From IMG/VR virus record IMGVR_UViG_3300033076_001434, positions 1 to 38,984 of that record: a stretch of 38,984 bases of DNA; one strand, written 5' to 3'. Position numbers and translations under genes: made by a program. The stretch's first letter is position 1; each line of letters begins with the position of its first letter. Below are positions 1-9,183 of this stretch, one piece after another. The stretch comes from a virus. Its lineage: Duplodnaviria > Caudoviricetes. A model generated the notes under the pieces. That model saw nothing but the letters and a program-made list of their open reading frames with translations. It was not told where the DNA came from and ran no database searches.

Positions 1-375
1 TCTCCAAAGTTTGCTAATTCTGTTCCTGCTCTTAACGTTACCACTCCAATGGGTAAGCTCGTGGATCAGAAAATGATTGATCAGCATAATAAACTTCGCT
101 TAAATAAAGAAGCAATTCGTAAAACTTTAGATTATCATACAGACTATCATTACAAACCAGTTTATGATGGGCATAAAGGTACATTAGAAGAGATTGAAGC
201 TTTTAGGATTGAAATGAATATTCCTAAAAATAAAACTTGGTTAATGCCCGCTGGTGATACTAGAGAAGAATTGATTAAACAATATCCTATTTCATTAGAA
301 AAAGCAATGGAAATGGGTTACAATTGGACTGGTCGAGACCATATTATTAGTTACGATACTAAAAGAGCTGTTTAA
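1..375 (+). CDS. queE: 7-carboxy-7-deazaguanine synthase QueE (radical SAM), C-terminal part, 5'-truncated by window
   Basis: Frame is open from base 1 (SPKFANSVP...), with QueE-like SPK motif, WLMP and C-terminal RDHIISYDTKRAV (cf. RLH..WG..RGV); folE is nearby. The CxxxCxxC motif lies outside the window. Confidence 0.72.
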   Translation, partial: SPKFANSVPALNVTTPMGKLVDQKMIDQHNKLRLNKEAIRKTLDYHTDYHYKPVYDGHKGTLEEIEAFRIEMNIPKNKTWLMPAGDTREELIKQYPISLEKAMEMGYNWTGRDHIISYDTKRAV

Positions 376-776
376 TGGATCTACTAGCAACACACCCAGT
401 TAAAAAATTAGACTTAGGCTTCCACGGCAATCTATTCGGAGGTAAATTACTTTCATGGATAGATGCCGCTGTTGCTGCTTATGCAATGGAAAAATGCAGA
501 TCCCAAAATATGATCACTATTGCTATTGATGAATGTGTATTTAAAAAACCAGCTAAAGAAAAAAATTTAGTTAAGATTTACGCTGAAGTAGCTAAAATAG
601 GGAACACTTCTGCTACTTTTAAAGTAGAAGCTAGAGCATATAATGTTTTTAGAGGAGATGAAGTAATTTTATTAGCAACTACTATGACTTTTGTAAGAGT
701 TGATGATGAAGGAATGCCTATATCTATTTCTAAACAAGTAAAAGATCAATATAATCCTCCTCCATCTCAACTTTAA
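375..776 (+). CDS. Hotdog-fold acyl-CoA thioesterase (YciA-like)
   Basis: HGNLFGGKLLSWIDAA motif, F.KP, KIGNTS, TFVRVDDEG.P. Confidence 0.85.
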   Translation: MDLLATHPVKKLDLGFHGNLFGGKLLSWIDAAVAAYAMEKCRSQNMITIAIDECVFKKPAKEKNLVKIYAEVAKIGNTSATFKVEARAYNVFRGDEVILLATTMTFVRVDDEGMPISISKQVKDQYNPPPSQL

Positions 777-783
777 TATTTAT
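776..783 (+). promoter_or_regulatory. Putative class II promoter motif ATATTTAT, 4 nt before ATG
   Basis: Intergenic ATATTTAT-N4-ATG; same geometry at 29339, 30743 and 34314. Confidence 0.4.
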
Positions 784-787
784 AATA

Positions 788-1027
788 ATGAATATAACAT
801 TTTTTTATACAAACGAATGTGGTAAATGTGCTGATTTAAAACCTATAATTTCTGAATTTAGTGATGCTTTAGGAATTAAAATGGTTAATACATATGAAGA
901 AGAGTTAATTACTGAGAATTATGATGTACAATGGGTACCAACTTTAGTTATTGAAGATCAAAATGGTAAACATAAATTCGAAGGACCAGGAGAAATCTTA
1001 GAAGTTTTAAATAAATTAGTAGAATGA
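788..1027 (+). CDS. Thioredoxin-family protein
   Basis: CGKC motif near the N-terminus and cis-Pro motif VQWVPTLV; 79 aa. Confidence 0.8.
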   Translation: MNITFFYTNECGKCADLKPIISEFSDALGIKMVNTYEEELITENYDVQWVPTLVIEDQNGKHKFEGPGEILEVLNKLVE

Positions 1028-1527
1028 TAACCTTATTTACAGAAAAAGAAATTAAAAATAAAGTAGGTGAAATTGCCTATAATATTAAAAAGAAACAACA
1101 TCCCCAACCACCCGTTTTTATTTGTGTATTAAACGGTGCTTTTATGTTTTTTACTGATTTAGTGAAACATGTTGGTGAATGTGAAATAGACTTTATAAGT
1201 GCGAAATCTTACGATGGAGTTAAACAAGGCGAAATCCGAATCTTAAAATCCATTACTGTTGACATCACTGATAAAGATGTTTACTTAATAGATGATATTT
1301 ACGATTCAGGTAACACTATGAATCGTTTAGTTAAGCATCTGCAATATCAAAATCCAAAATCAATAACACCAATTACTCTATTTAAAAAACATTATTCAAA
1401 TACAGATAATTTGATTTATGGTTTTGAATTGACTAATGAACATTGGTTAGTAGGATATGGTTTAGATGCTACTAACGGCACTAAAAGAAATTTACCTTAT
1501 ATACTTGGCTATTTGCCTGAGGATTAA
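1024..1527 (+). CDS. hpt: Hypoxanthine/guanine phosphoribosyltransferase
   Basis: CVLNGAFMFFTDL, SY loop, PRPP-binding LIDDIYDSGNT, VGYGLD...RNLPYI. Confidence 0.9.
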   Translation: MITLFTEKEIKNKVGEIAYNIKKKQHPQPPVFICVLNGAFMFFTDLVKHVGECEIDFISAKSYDGVKQGEIRILKSITVDITDKDVYLIDDIYDSGNTMNRLVKHLQYQNPKSITPITLFKKHYSNTDNLIYGFELTNEHWLVGYGLDATNGTKRNLPYILGYLPED

Positions 1528-1533
1528 TATATT
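1505..1533 (+). promoter_or_regulatory. Class I promoter (TTGG-N19-TATATT) upstream of folE
   Basis: TTGG at 1505, TATATT at 1528; same spacing as 11 other copies. Confidence 0.65.
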
Positions 1534-1543
1534 AAAAAAAGTT

Positions 1544-2233
1544 ATGGATAATAAAACATTTAAATTAGATTTAGAAGTAGTTAAACAAGGATATGCGAAT
1601 GGAGTTGCTCCTGGTTTTCCTTTAACTGAGGAAGAAAAATGGGCAATGGTTGATAAAGCAACAGAAGCATATGGTCAATTTTTAGATGCTCTAGGATGTG
1701 ATTGGAGAAATGATCCTAATTCATCTGATACTCCTCGAAGAGTAGCAAAAGCGTATGTATTTGATTTATGGAAAGGTCGTTATGATTCTATGAGTGATAT
1801 TACCTCATTTCCAAGTGATGGTTATGATGGTATTGTTATTGAACGTAATATTCCTCTAACATCAATGTGTTCTCATCATCATCAAACAATTGGAGGTGTA
1901 GTTCATATTGGTTATGTAGTAGGTGAAAATGGTTCTGTAATTGGTTTAAGTAAATTGAATCGTATTGTAGAACATTTTGGACGTAGAGGAGCCATTCAAG
2001 AACAACTTACTTCAGCAATTCATCAAGCAGTAGACAAAATTTGTGAAAACAATAAAGGTGTTATTATAACTGTAGTAGCAACTCATAATTGTGTTAGCTG
2101 TAGAGGTGTAAAACACCAAGGTGCTTCAATGGTAACCACAAAAGCATCAGGAGTATTTCTAAATAATGAAAATTTGGCTAGACAAGAATTTTTTGATAGT
2201 ATCAAAATAAATAATGGAGGTCATCAAATCTAA
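1544..2233 (+). CDS. folE: GTP cyclohydrolase I (start revised from 1466 to ATG 1544)
   Basis: DTPRRVAK, SMCSHH, GLSKLNRIV, QEQLT, HNCVSCRGV; AAGTTATG start context downstream of the promoter. Confidence 0.92.
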   Translation: MDNKTFKLDLEVVKQGYANGVAPGFPLTEEEKWAMVDKATEAYGQFLDALGCDWRNDPNSSDTPRRVAKAYVFDLWKGRYDSMSDITSFPSDGYDGIVIERNIPLTSMCSHHHQTIGGVVHIGYVVGENGSVIGLSKLNRIVEHFGRRGAIQEQLTSAIHQAVDKICENNKGVIITVVATHNCVSCRGVKHQGASMVTTKASGVFLNNENLARQEFFDSIKINNGGHQI

Positions 2234-2403
2234 TGAAATTAGGTGGTTTTGTTGAAATATTAATTCGTATAATTACTTTTGGACAAGGCCACCGAATTGC
2301 TCTTTTTATAGCTAAAAAAATGGGGTATGATGATTGTGGATGTAAAGCTAGAAAAGATAAATTAGATAAATTTTGGGATAAAATTCTAAATAAATTAAAA
2401 TGA
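2233..2403 (+). CDS. Small hypothetical protein, 56 aa, with DCGC motif (not in ORF track)
   Basis: MKLGGFVEILIRIITFGQG...DDCGCKARKDKLD...; TAATG coupling to folE, fills the gap to dut. Confidence 0.7.
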   Translation: MKLGGFVEILIRIITFGQGHRIALFIAKKMGYDDCGCKARKDKLDKFWDKILNKLK

Positions 2404-2404
2404 T

Positions 2405-2857
2405 ATGGTAAAAATTTTCGCATATAAAGAACATCCAGACGCAGTTATTCCAACTGTAGCTTATGGATCAACATCAGCTTGTTTTGATATTACTTGTACA
2501 GAAACAACTACTATTCCAGCAGGCGCATCAAAAGTAATTCCGAATGGACTAAGATTAGTAATTAATGACTCAGAAAAATATTGGATGCAAATTCAATTGC
2601 GTTCAAGTAAAGGTTTTAAGTATGATCTTATTCCTCATTACGGTACAGTAGATGCTGGTTATACAGGACCTTTAGGGGTAAAAGTATACAATGTAGGAAA
2701 AGAAGATGTTGTAATTGAAAAAGGTGAACGTTACGCTCAAATTGCTGTAATTCCTAAACCTGATTATGAAGTTGTAGAAGTATCAGAAGAACAATTTGAA
2801 CTAATTAAATCAAACCAAGGTAGAGGTGATAGTGGGTTTGGTTCAAGCGGTAAGTAA
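2405..2857 (+). CDS. dut: Trimeric dUTPase
   Basis: ACFDI, RSS, GTVDAGYTG, RYAQ, RGDSGFGSSG (motifs I-V). Confidence 0.95.
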   Translation: MVKIFAYKEHPDAVIPTVAYGSTSACFDITCTETTTIPAGASKVIPNGLRLVINDSEKYWMQIQLRSSKGFKYDLIPHYGTVDAGYTGPLGVKVYNVGKEDVVIEKGERYAQIAVIPKPDYEVVEVSEEQFELIKSNQGRGDSGFGSSGK

Positions 2858-2878
2858 AATTATTATTTTTTAATTAAG

Positions 2879-2903
2879 GGGCTTGGCTATCCAAGCCCTT
2901 TTT
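2879..2903 (+). terminator. Intrinsic terminator after dut, overlapping the polymerase promoter
   Basis: GGGCTTGG-ctat-CCAAGCCC followed by TTTTT. Confidence 0.75.
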
Positions 2904-2911
2904 GTTATATT
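2883..2911 (+). promoter_or_regulatory. Class I promoter upstream of DNA polymerase
   Basis: TTGG 2883, TATATT 2906, ATG 2918. Confidence 0.7.
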
Positions 2912-2917
2912 AATAGT

Positions 2918-5512
2918 ATGTATCAATCCTTATATTTTGATAAAGAAGAAAAACAATATTATTTAAGAGATGATAGGTGGGATGGATTTAAAACAATTAA
3001 ATATTGGCCTACTTATTTTGTACCTGATGAAGATGGTGATTTTGAAACATTAGAAGGTACTAAAGTTACACCAGTTAAAAGAATGGATGACTGGAAGGAT
3101 AATAAGTATTTTGAAAAAGACGTAGATAAAATTACTCGTTTTTTAGTAGACCATTATTATGAAACAGATGATACTCCTAAATCTCACAATATTATTTATC
3201 TAGATATTGAGTGTGTTGTCGCTGGAGCCTTAACTGAAGAAAACATTAAAGATCCTAAAGGTGAAATAACTGCTGTTGCTTTATATGATCATAATTCTAA
3301 AAAATATTATTGTTTAATTTTAGATAAAGATAAAGCACTTAAGGATATTAAAGAAGAAAATAAAGAAATTATTCCATTTTCAAGTGAAAAAGAATTATTA
3401 AGTGGTTTTTTAGATAAATGGTATGAACTAGATCCTACTATTATTACAGGTTGGAATAGTGGTTTCTTTGATATACCTTATTTATATTATAGAATCAAAA
3501 AAGTATTAGGTGAATCAATTGCTAATACTTTATCCCCAATTGGTAAAATTAAATTCACCCCTCAATTCCCAGAACAACCAGTTAATTTAGGAGGTATTAA
3601 TCATCTTGACTATATGCTTTTATTTAAAAAGTATATTATGAAACAAGAACCATCTTATCGTTTAGGTGATATAGGTAAAAAATATGCTAAATTAGAAAAA
3701 ATTGAGTATCAAGGTTCACTTGATAAATTGTTTAAAGAAGATCCTCATACTTTTATTGAGTATAACTTACGTGACGTAGAGATTATTGTTGAACTTGAAA
3801 ACAGAATGAAGTTTATTGAGTTGACGGTTACAATTGGTCATTTATGCCATACAGAATATGAAGCGATTTATTTTTCTACAATGTTGAATGAGGGTGCTAT
3901 TTTAACTTATCTAAAACGTAAAGGAATAGTTTCACCGAATAAACCAACTACTTATAATCCTTCATTAAGAACATTAGAAGAAGAATATGCTGGTGGTTAT
4001 CTAAAAGATCCTGTACCTGGTTTGTATGAATGGGTTATTGACTTAGATTTTACATCACTATATCCTTCAATTATTCGTTCTCTTAATATGGGTATTGAAA
4101 CCTTGGTAGGTAGGATTGTAAATAAAGATAAATATGATAATCAATGGTCATTACAAGAATTAAAATCAATGAATCCAAACCAGATTATCTATATTGAAAA
4201 AGTTAAAAAAGATAGAAAATTAGTTAGATCTGAAATAGCAGTTAAAGATATTATTGAAATTATTGAAAAAAACAATTTAATTGTATCTGCTCCTGGTGTG
4301 TTGTTTAGGAAAGATAAATCAAGTGTTGTATGTGAAATTTTATCTGATTGGTTTGCTAAACGACAAGAATATAAGAAGTTAATGAAAAAAGCATATAAAG
4401 TAGATAACGATCCTGTTATGGGTGCTTTTTATGATAGACGACAACATGCTTATAAAATTAAATTAAATGACGTTTATGGTGTATTTGCTATTAATAGTTG
4501 GAGATACACAGATGGTAATAAATTTATTAGTAAAGCAATTACTTTAACTGGTCAAAGATTATTGCAAGAAAGTATTAGAAACATGAATGTTTACCTAAAT
4601 AAAGAATTAGGTAATGAAACACCTAAAGATTATATCATTACTAGTGATACAGACTCATTATTCATTCAATGTAAAGACCTTTTAATAGCAAGACATCCAG
4701 ATATTGATTTTAATAATAGAGAAGAAGTCATTAATAAAATATTAGTTATCGCTAATGAATTACAAGCAATGGCTAATAAATTTATAGGTGATTTTGCTAG
4801 AAATGCTTTTAATTTAGGAGAAAACGCAACTCATTATTTTGAGTTAAAACAAGAAGTTGTACTTGACAGAGGTTATTTTGCAGGTAAGAGGAGATACGCC
4901 CAACATATTGTTAATAAAGAAGGTGTACCTGTAGATGAATTGGATGTTAAAGGATTGGATTTGATGAAATCAAATTTTCCACCTTTATTTAGAAAGTTTG
5001 GAGAACATATCATTAATGAAATTATGTTTGGTAAACCTAAAACTGATATTGATAAACAAATATTAGATTTTAGAACTGAATTAAGAACTATCGATTGGAG
5101 GAAAATTCTTAAACCTACTGGGTTAAAGAAAATGAAAGAATATATTGCCGCTCCTCCTAGAGCAGGTGAAGTATTTTCTAAATTAGGATTAAAATGTCCT
5201 ATTAATACTAAAGCAGCTATTTATACAAATGACATTCTAAAATTCAGAGGTTTAGATAAAAAATATCCTACTTTCCAAGTAGGTGATAAAATGTTTATTG
5301 CCTATTTAAAAGACAACCCATATAGAATCGATGTTGTGGGTTTCAATGGATATAATGACCCTCCAGAACTAATGGAATTTATAGAAAAGTACATAGATAG
5401 AGATGGTCTTTTCGACTCAGTTATGAAAAACAAATTAGAATCATTATATTCCGATTTAGGATGGGGTGCAGTAGTATTAAATCAAAACATAAACAAATTT
5501 TTTAAATTTTAA
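2918..5512 (+). CDS. polB: Family B DNA polymerase (T4 gp43-like) with 3'-5' exonuclease
   Basis: ExoI LDIE, ExoII GWNS.FFDIPY, ExoIII YNLRD, motif A DFTSLYPSI, motif B KIKLNDVYG, motif C SDTDS, KRRY. Confidence 0.96.
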   Translation: MYQSLYFDKEEKQYYLRDDRWDGFKTIKYWPTYFVPDEDGDFETLEGTKVTPVKRMDDWKDNKYFEKDVDKITRFLVDHYYETDDTPKSHNIIYLDIECVVAGALTEENIKDPKGEITAVALYDHNSKKYYCLILDKDKALKDIKEENKEIIPFSSEKELLSGFLDKWYELDPTIITGWNSGFFDIPYLYYRIKKVLGESIANTLSPIGKIKFTPQFPEQPVNLGGINHLDYMLLFKKYIMKQEPSYRLGDIGKKYAKLEKIEYQGSLDKLFKEDPHTFIEYNLRDVEIIVELENRMKFIELTVTIGHLCHTEYEAIYFSTMLNEGAILTYLKRKGIVSPNKPTTYNPSLRTLEEEYAGGYLKDPVPGLYEWVIDLDFTSLYPSIIRSLNMGIETLVGRIVNKDKYDNQWSLQELKSMNPNQIIYIEKVKKDRKLVRSEIAVKDIIEIIEKNNLIVSAPGVLFRKDKSSVVCEILSDWFAKRQEYKKLMKKAYKVDNDPVMGAFYDRRQHAYKIKLNDVYGVFAINSWRYTDGNKFISKAITLTGQRLLQESIRNMNVYLNKELGNETPKDYIITSDTDSLFIQCKDLLIARHPDIDFNNREEVINKILVIANELQAMANKFIGDFARNAFNLGENATHYFELKQEVVLDRGYFAGKRRYAQHIVNKEGVPVDELDVKGLDLMKSNFPPLFRKFGEHIINEIMFGKPKTDIDKQILDFRTELRTIDWRKILKPTGLKKMKEYIAAPPRAGEVFSKLGLKCPINTKAAIYTNDILKFRGLDKKYPTFQVGDKMFIAYLKDNPYRIDVVGFNGYNDPPELMEFIEKYIDRDGLFDSVMKNKLESLYSDLGWGAVVLNQNINKFFKF

Positions 5513-5514
5513 AA

Positions 5515-6258
5515 ATGATAAATAAAGCAGATTTACAAAGTATTATTTCAAAGTATTATCTTAACGGTATGAATGAAGCTGTTAAATGGGATATTCAAGA
5601 TAATAAATTAACTATCAAATTCACAGCTCCTGATAGAACAATGATTGGAGTTGTAACTTGTGATGAGTTTGAATTAGAAGATTCATCTATTGGTATTAGT
5701 AACACAACTCAACTAAATAAGTTACTAAATATTACAAACGGTTATCTAAATTTAGAATACCAAAAACAACATAAACTAATTACTAAACTAATAGTTTCAG
5801 ATAATCAATTTACTTTAAATTACGCTTTAGCTGACTTGATGATTATTCCTAAAGCAGGGGAGTATATTGGTGATGAACAATATAACATTGAAGCTTCATT
5901 AGATAACGAAAGTATAAACGCTATAGTTAAAGCTAAATCAGCACTCGCAGATACTGATACAGTTGTGTTTCAACCAGTTATAAACGCCGCTACTCTTGAA
6001 ACACAGTTAGAAATGGTATTTGGAGGCAATATTGAACACTCAAATAAAGTATCATTTTATCTACCAGATATTGAAACAACAGATTTACCTCCGATGTTTA
6101 AAGTTCATTACAATTCTAATTTGATTAAAGAAATTATGTACTGTAATAAGGATGTTGCTAATTGTATTATGGGGATTAATCTAGATGGAGTTATGAAATT
6201 AGCTTTTGATAACGGAAGTATTAAAAGTGAGTATTATTTAGTAGCAAAAGAATTATAA
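5515..6258 (+). CDS. Putative DNA sliding clamp (gp45/PCNA-like)
   Basis: 247 aa acidic, beta-rich two-repeat pattern, ending EYYLVAK; follows polB and lies near the clamp loader (inference). Confidence 0.6.
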   Translation: MINKADLQSIISKYYLNGMNEAVKWDIQDNKLTIKFTAPDRTMIGVVTCDEFELEDSSIGISNTTQLNKLLNITNGYLNLEYQKQHKLITKLIVSDNQFTLNYALADLMIIPKAGEYIGDEQYNIEASLDNESINAIVKAKSALADTDTVVFQPVINAATLETQLEMVFGGNIEHSNKVSFYLPDIETTDLPPMFKVHYNSNLIKEIMYCNKDVANCIMGINLDGVMKLAFDNGSIKSEYYLVAKEL

Positions 6259-6280
6259 TTAATATATTTATTATAAAGTT

Positions 6281-6511
6281 ATGGGTTTTGAATTAATTAA
6301 GGTTGGTGACAGTTTATACACTGTTGAACGAAAAATTCCTGAACATGCAGGAATAGATACAAATTTATTTAAAGGATACACAAACACAACAAACGTCTTT
6401 AGGAAAGATGGTTTGTATTATTTTTGTCGTCTGATTGAAGAAGCCCAAGTAATAGAAGACGAACAAGTAAATGAATTACCTCAAGCTGAGGAAAGTTTGG
6501 AAAATCAATAA
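6281..6511 (+). CDS. Hypothetical protein
   Basis: 76 aa ORF, AAGTTATG start, ATATTTAT at 6264. Confidence 0.7.
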   Translation: MGFELIKVGDSLYTVERKIPEHAGIDTNLFKGYTNTTNVFRKDGLYYFCRLIEEAQVIEDEQVNELPQAEESLENQ

Positions 6512-6525
6512 AAGTTTATTATATT
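6497..6525 (+). promoter_or_regulatory. Class I promoter upstream of the groES/groEL block
   Basis: TTGG 6497, TATATT 6520, ATG 6532. Confidence 0.65.
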
Positions 6526-6531
6526 AATGTT

Positions 6532-6825
6532 ATGAGTACTGAAAAAGAATACACACGTTTTATTAATGATCCTATTATGGAACCATACTTTATCTCAATG
6601 GATGATAATTGTATGACAGTTAATCTTAAAGTTATGCCTGATTCTCGTTATAGTGATTCTAAAAAAGAATATACTAAAATTATAGGCCATTACAGTAATT
6701 TAGGAAGCGCTTTAAAATCAATTGCTAAAGATAAAATTAATAGCAAATCTTATGATTCATTAAAAGAATATATTAATGAATATCAAAAACTTATCGAAAA
6801 TTTAAACAACACAATCAATATTTAA
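6532..6825 (+). CDS. Hypothetical phage protein
   Basis: 97 aa ORF in tight operon packing. Confidence 0.75.
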   Translation: MSTEKEYTRFINDPIMEPYFISMDDNCMTVNLKVMPDSRYSDSKKEYTKIIGHYSNLGSALKSIAKDKINSKSYDSLKEYINEYQKLIENLNNTINI

Positions 6826-6826
6826 T

Positions 6827-7114
6827 ATGGCATTAGAGGCACTTTTTAACGCACTTATCGTAAAACCTATGGAAGTAGAAGAAACTTCATATGGTGGAAT
6901 TATTGTTCCTGATCTAGGAAATGAAAAAAATAAAACAGGTAAAGTAGTATCTGTAGGTAAAGGCCACTATTCAGTTACTGGCACTTGGATGGAAACAACT
7001 TTACAAGAAGGAGATGTAGTAGTACTACCTACAATGGGATTCACTAAATTTGAATATGAAGGTGAAGAATATTGGATTGGTAGAGAAAATGATGTTTTAG
7101 CAAAAATTAGTTAA
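6827..7114 (+). CDS. groS: Co-chaperonin GroES
   Basis: GGIIVPD mobile loop, GKVVSVGKG, GDVV, ENDVLAK; directly precedes groEL. Confidence 0.93.
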   Translation: MALEALFNALIVKPMEVEETSYGGIIVPDLGNEKNKTGKVVSVGKGHYSVTGTWMETTLQEGDVVVLPTMGFTKFEYEGEEYWIGRENDVLAKIS

Positions 7115-7115
7115 T

Positions 7116-8726
7116 ATGAGCAAAATTATAGAATTCGGTCCAGACGGACGTAAAAAATTAGCAGAAGGTATTGAGAAATTATCTAACGCGGTGACTGCTA
7201 CTTTAGGACCTAATGGTCGTAATGTAGTGATTGCTAATGGAGGTGTTCCTCAAAGTACTAAAGACGGTGTTACAGTAGCAAAATCAATTACTTTAGAAAA
7301 CCCACTTGAAGAAGTAGGTGTTCAACTAGTTAAACAAGCTGCTATTAAGACAGCAGAATTAGCAGGTGATGGAACAACAACTTCAACTTTGCTAGCATCA
7401 GAAATGATTAAAGCAGGTTTGGTAGAATTAAGTAATGATCGTAACGCTGTTGAAATTAAAAGACAAATGGACACAGCAGTAAAAGAAGTAATTAATGCTC
7501 TCCATGATGAGATTAAAGAAGATATTTCATCTGAAAACCAACTTAGACAAATTGCTACTATTTCAGCAAATAATGATCCCGAAGTAGGGGAATTGATTGC
7601 TACTGCAATGCAGAAAGTAGGTCGTGAAGGTGTTGTATTCATTGAAGAATCTAAAAACGGTGAAACATATCTTGAAACAGTAGAAGGTATGCAATTTGAT
7701 AGAGGTTACAAATCACCTTATTTTGTAACTGACAATAACTCAATGAGTACTACTATCAATGATCCTTACATTTTGATTGCTGATAAAAAATTCACTACTG
7801 TAAAAGAATTGTTGCCTATTTTAGAAGCAGTATCTAATCAAAATAAACCTTTGGTTTTGATTGCTGAAGATATTGATGGTGAAGCTTTAGCTACTTTGAT
7901 TGTTAACAAAGCAAGAGGTATTTTGAAAACAGTAGCTATTAAAGCTCCTGATTTTGGAGATCGTCGTAAATTGTTACTTGAAGATATTGCTATCATGACT
8001 GGTGGTCAAGTATTTAGTGCTGAAAAAGGTATGAAACTTGATAAGTTTAGTTGGGATTGGTTTGGTCAAGCACGTGTTGTTACAGTAAATAAAGAACAAA
8101 CAACAATTGTTGATGGTAAAGGAGATTCAGATAAAATTACAAACCGTATTGAAGAACTTCAGAATCAAATTGATAATGCTAATTCGCCTTATGAAAAAGA
8201 AAAATTACAAGAACGTTTAGCTAAATTTATTGGTGGTGTAGCAATTGTACATGTAGGTGGGTTTACAGAATCTGAAATGCGTGAGAAAAAAGATCGTGTA
8301 GATGATGCCCTTCAAGCAACTAAAGCCGCTCTTGAAGAAGGTATTGTACCAGGTGGTGGAGCTGCTTTATTACACGCTCGCGAACATATTAATAGAAATA
8401 GTATTGGAGCTGATATTGTTTATAAAGCTTGTGGTTCTCCATTTAAGAAAATTTTAATTAATGCTGGTATTGATCAAGAATATATTTATCATGCCATGAA
8501 TGAAATTAGAATGGCTGAATATTGGACTGGTTATAATCTAAAATCAGATATGTTTGTTAACATGAAAGAAGCAGGTATTATTGATCCAGCTAAAGTAACT
8601 CGTACTGCTCTTGAAAATGCAGTATCAGTAGCAGGAACTGTATTGTTAACAGAAGCAGTTGTAGTTGACAAACCCGAAGACAAAAAAGAAGACGGTGGGT
8701 TTGGCGATATGATGGGAATGATGTAA
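7116..8726 (+). CDS. groL: Chaperonin GroEL
   Basis: TLGPNGRNV, TKDGVTVAK, AGDGTTT, EGMQFDRGY, GIVPGGG, GIIDP, GM-rich tail. Confidence 0.97.
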   Translation: MSKIIEFGPDGRKKLAEGIEKLSNAVTATLGPNGRNVVIANGGVPQSTKDGVTVAKSITLENPLEEVGVQLVKQAAIKTAELAGDGTTTSTLLASEMIKAGLVELSNDRNAVEIKRQMDTAVKEVINALHDEIKEDISSENQLRQIATISANNDPEVGELIATAMQKVGREGVVFIEESKNGETYLETVEGMQFDRGYKSPYFVTDNNSMSTTINDPYILIADKKFTTVKELLPILEAVSNQNKPLVLIAEDIDGEALATLIVNKARGILKTVAIKAPDFGDRRKLLLEDIAIMTGGQVFSAEKGMKLDKFSWDWFGQARVVTVNKEQTTIVDGKGDSDKITNRIEELQNQIDNANSPYEKEKLQERLAKFIGGVAIVHVGGFTESEMREKKDRVDDALQATKAALEEGIVPGGGAALLHAREHINRNSIGADIVYKACGSPFKKILINAGIDQEYIYHAMNEIRMAEYWTGYNLKSDMFVNMKEAGIIDPAKVTRTALENAVSVAGTVLLTEAVVVDKPEDKKEDGGFGDMMGMM

Positions 8727-8737
8727 ATTAGGTAATT

Positions 8738-8926
8738 ATGCAGGATGCAGTAGGTCTTATAGGTAAAACTATTCAAATTAAAGAAATCAACTATATTATT
8801 AAAGATTTCTATTTCGTACCGGGAACTAACTATTTGTATGTTGGTTTGATGAAATCCGATTATGTAACAGTAAATTGGAAATATGAAGACCTACTGCCTT
8901 ACCTCATAGAACAAATAAAGTTATGA
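8738..8926 (+). CDS. Hypothetical protein
   Basis: 62 aa ORF with ATGA overlap to the next gene. Confidence 0.65.
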   Translation: MQDAVGLIGKTIQIKEINYIIKDFYFVPGTNYLYVGLMKSDYVTVNWKYEDLLPYLIEQIKL

Positions 8927-9183
8927 GTAAAACAGAAGTACAAGAAAAATTAATGGAAATTGCCTACCGTGTACCACCAGGCGACAATTGGAAGGTAAGT
9001 AACGTTAATGAAGTTCAAAAATCAATAACAGATGCTTTAGAAGCTTGGTTTCAAATGGCAACTGTTAAACCAAAAGCATTTAGACTAGATTTGGCTGCTG
9101 GCAAACTTTATGCTATCTTAAATCAAGAAGTTGAAATCCAAGAACTAGAACCTAAACGTTACAACATATATGGCGATTACTAA
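8923..9183 (+). CDS. Hypothetical protein
   Basis: 86 aa ORF, AAGTTATG start. Confidence 0.7.
   Translation: MSKTEVQEKLMEIAYRVPPGDNWKVSNVNEVQKSITDALEAWFQMATVKPKAFRLDLAAGKLYAILNQEVEIQELEPKRYNIYGDY

Noticed and set aside
2918-5512. Intein or intron in the polymerase (also checked clamp loader and visible thyA)
   Set aside because: Lengths are normal and motifs contiguous; thyA has only short in-frame insertions in variable regions
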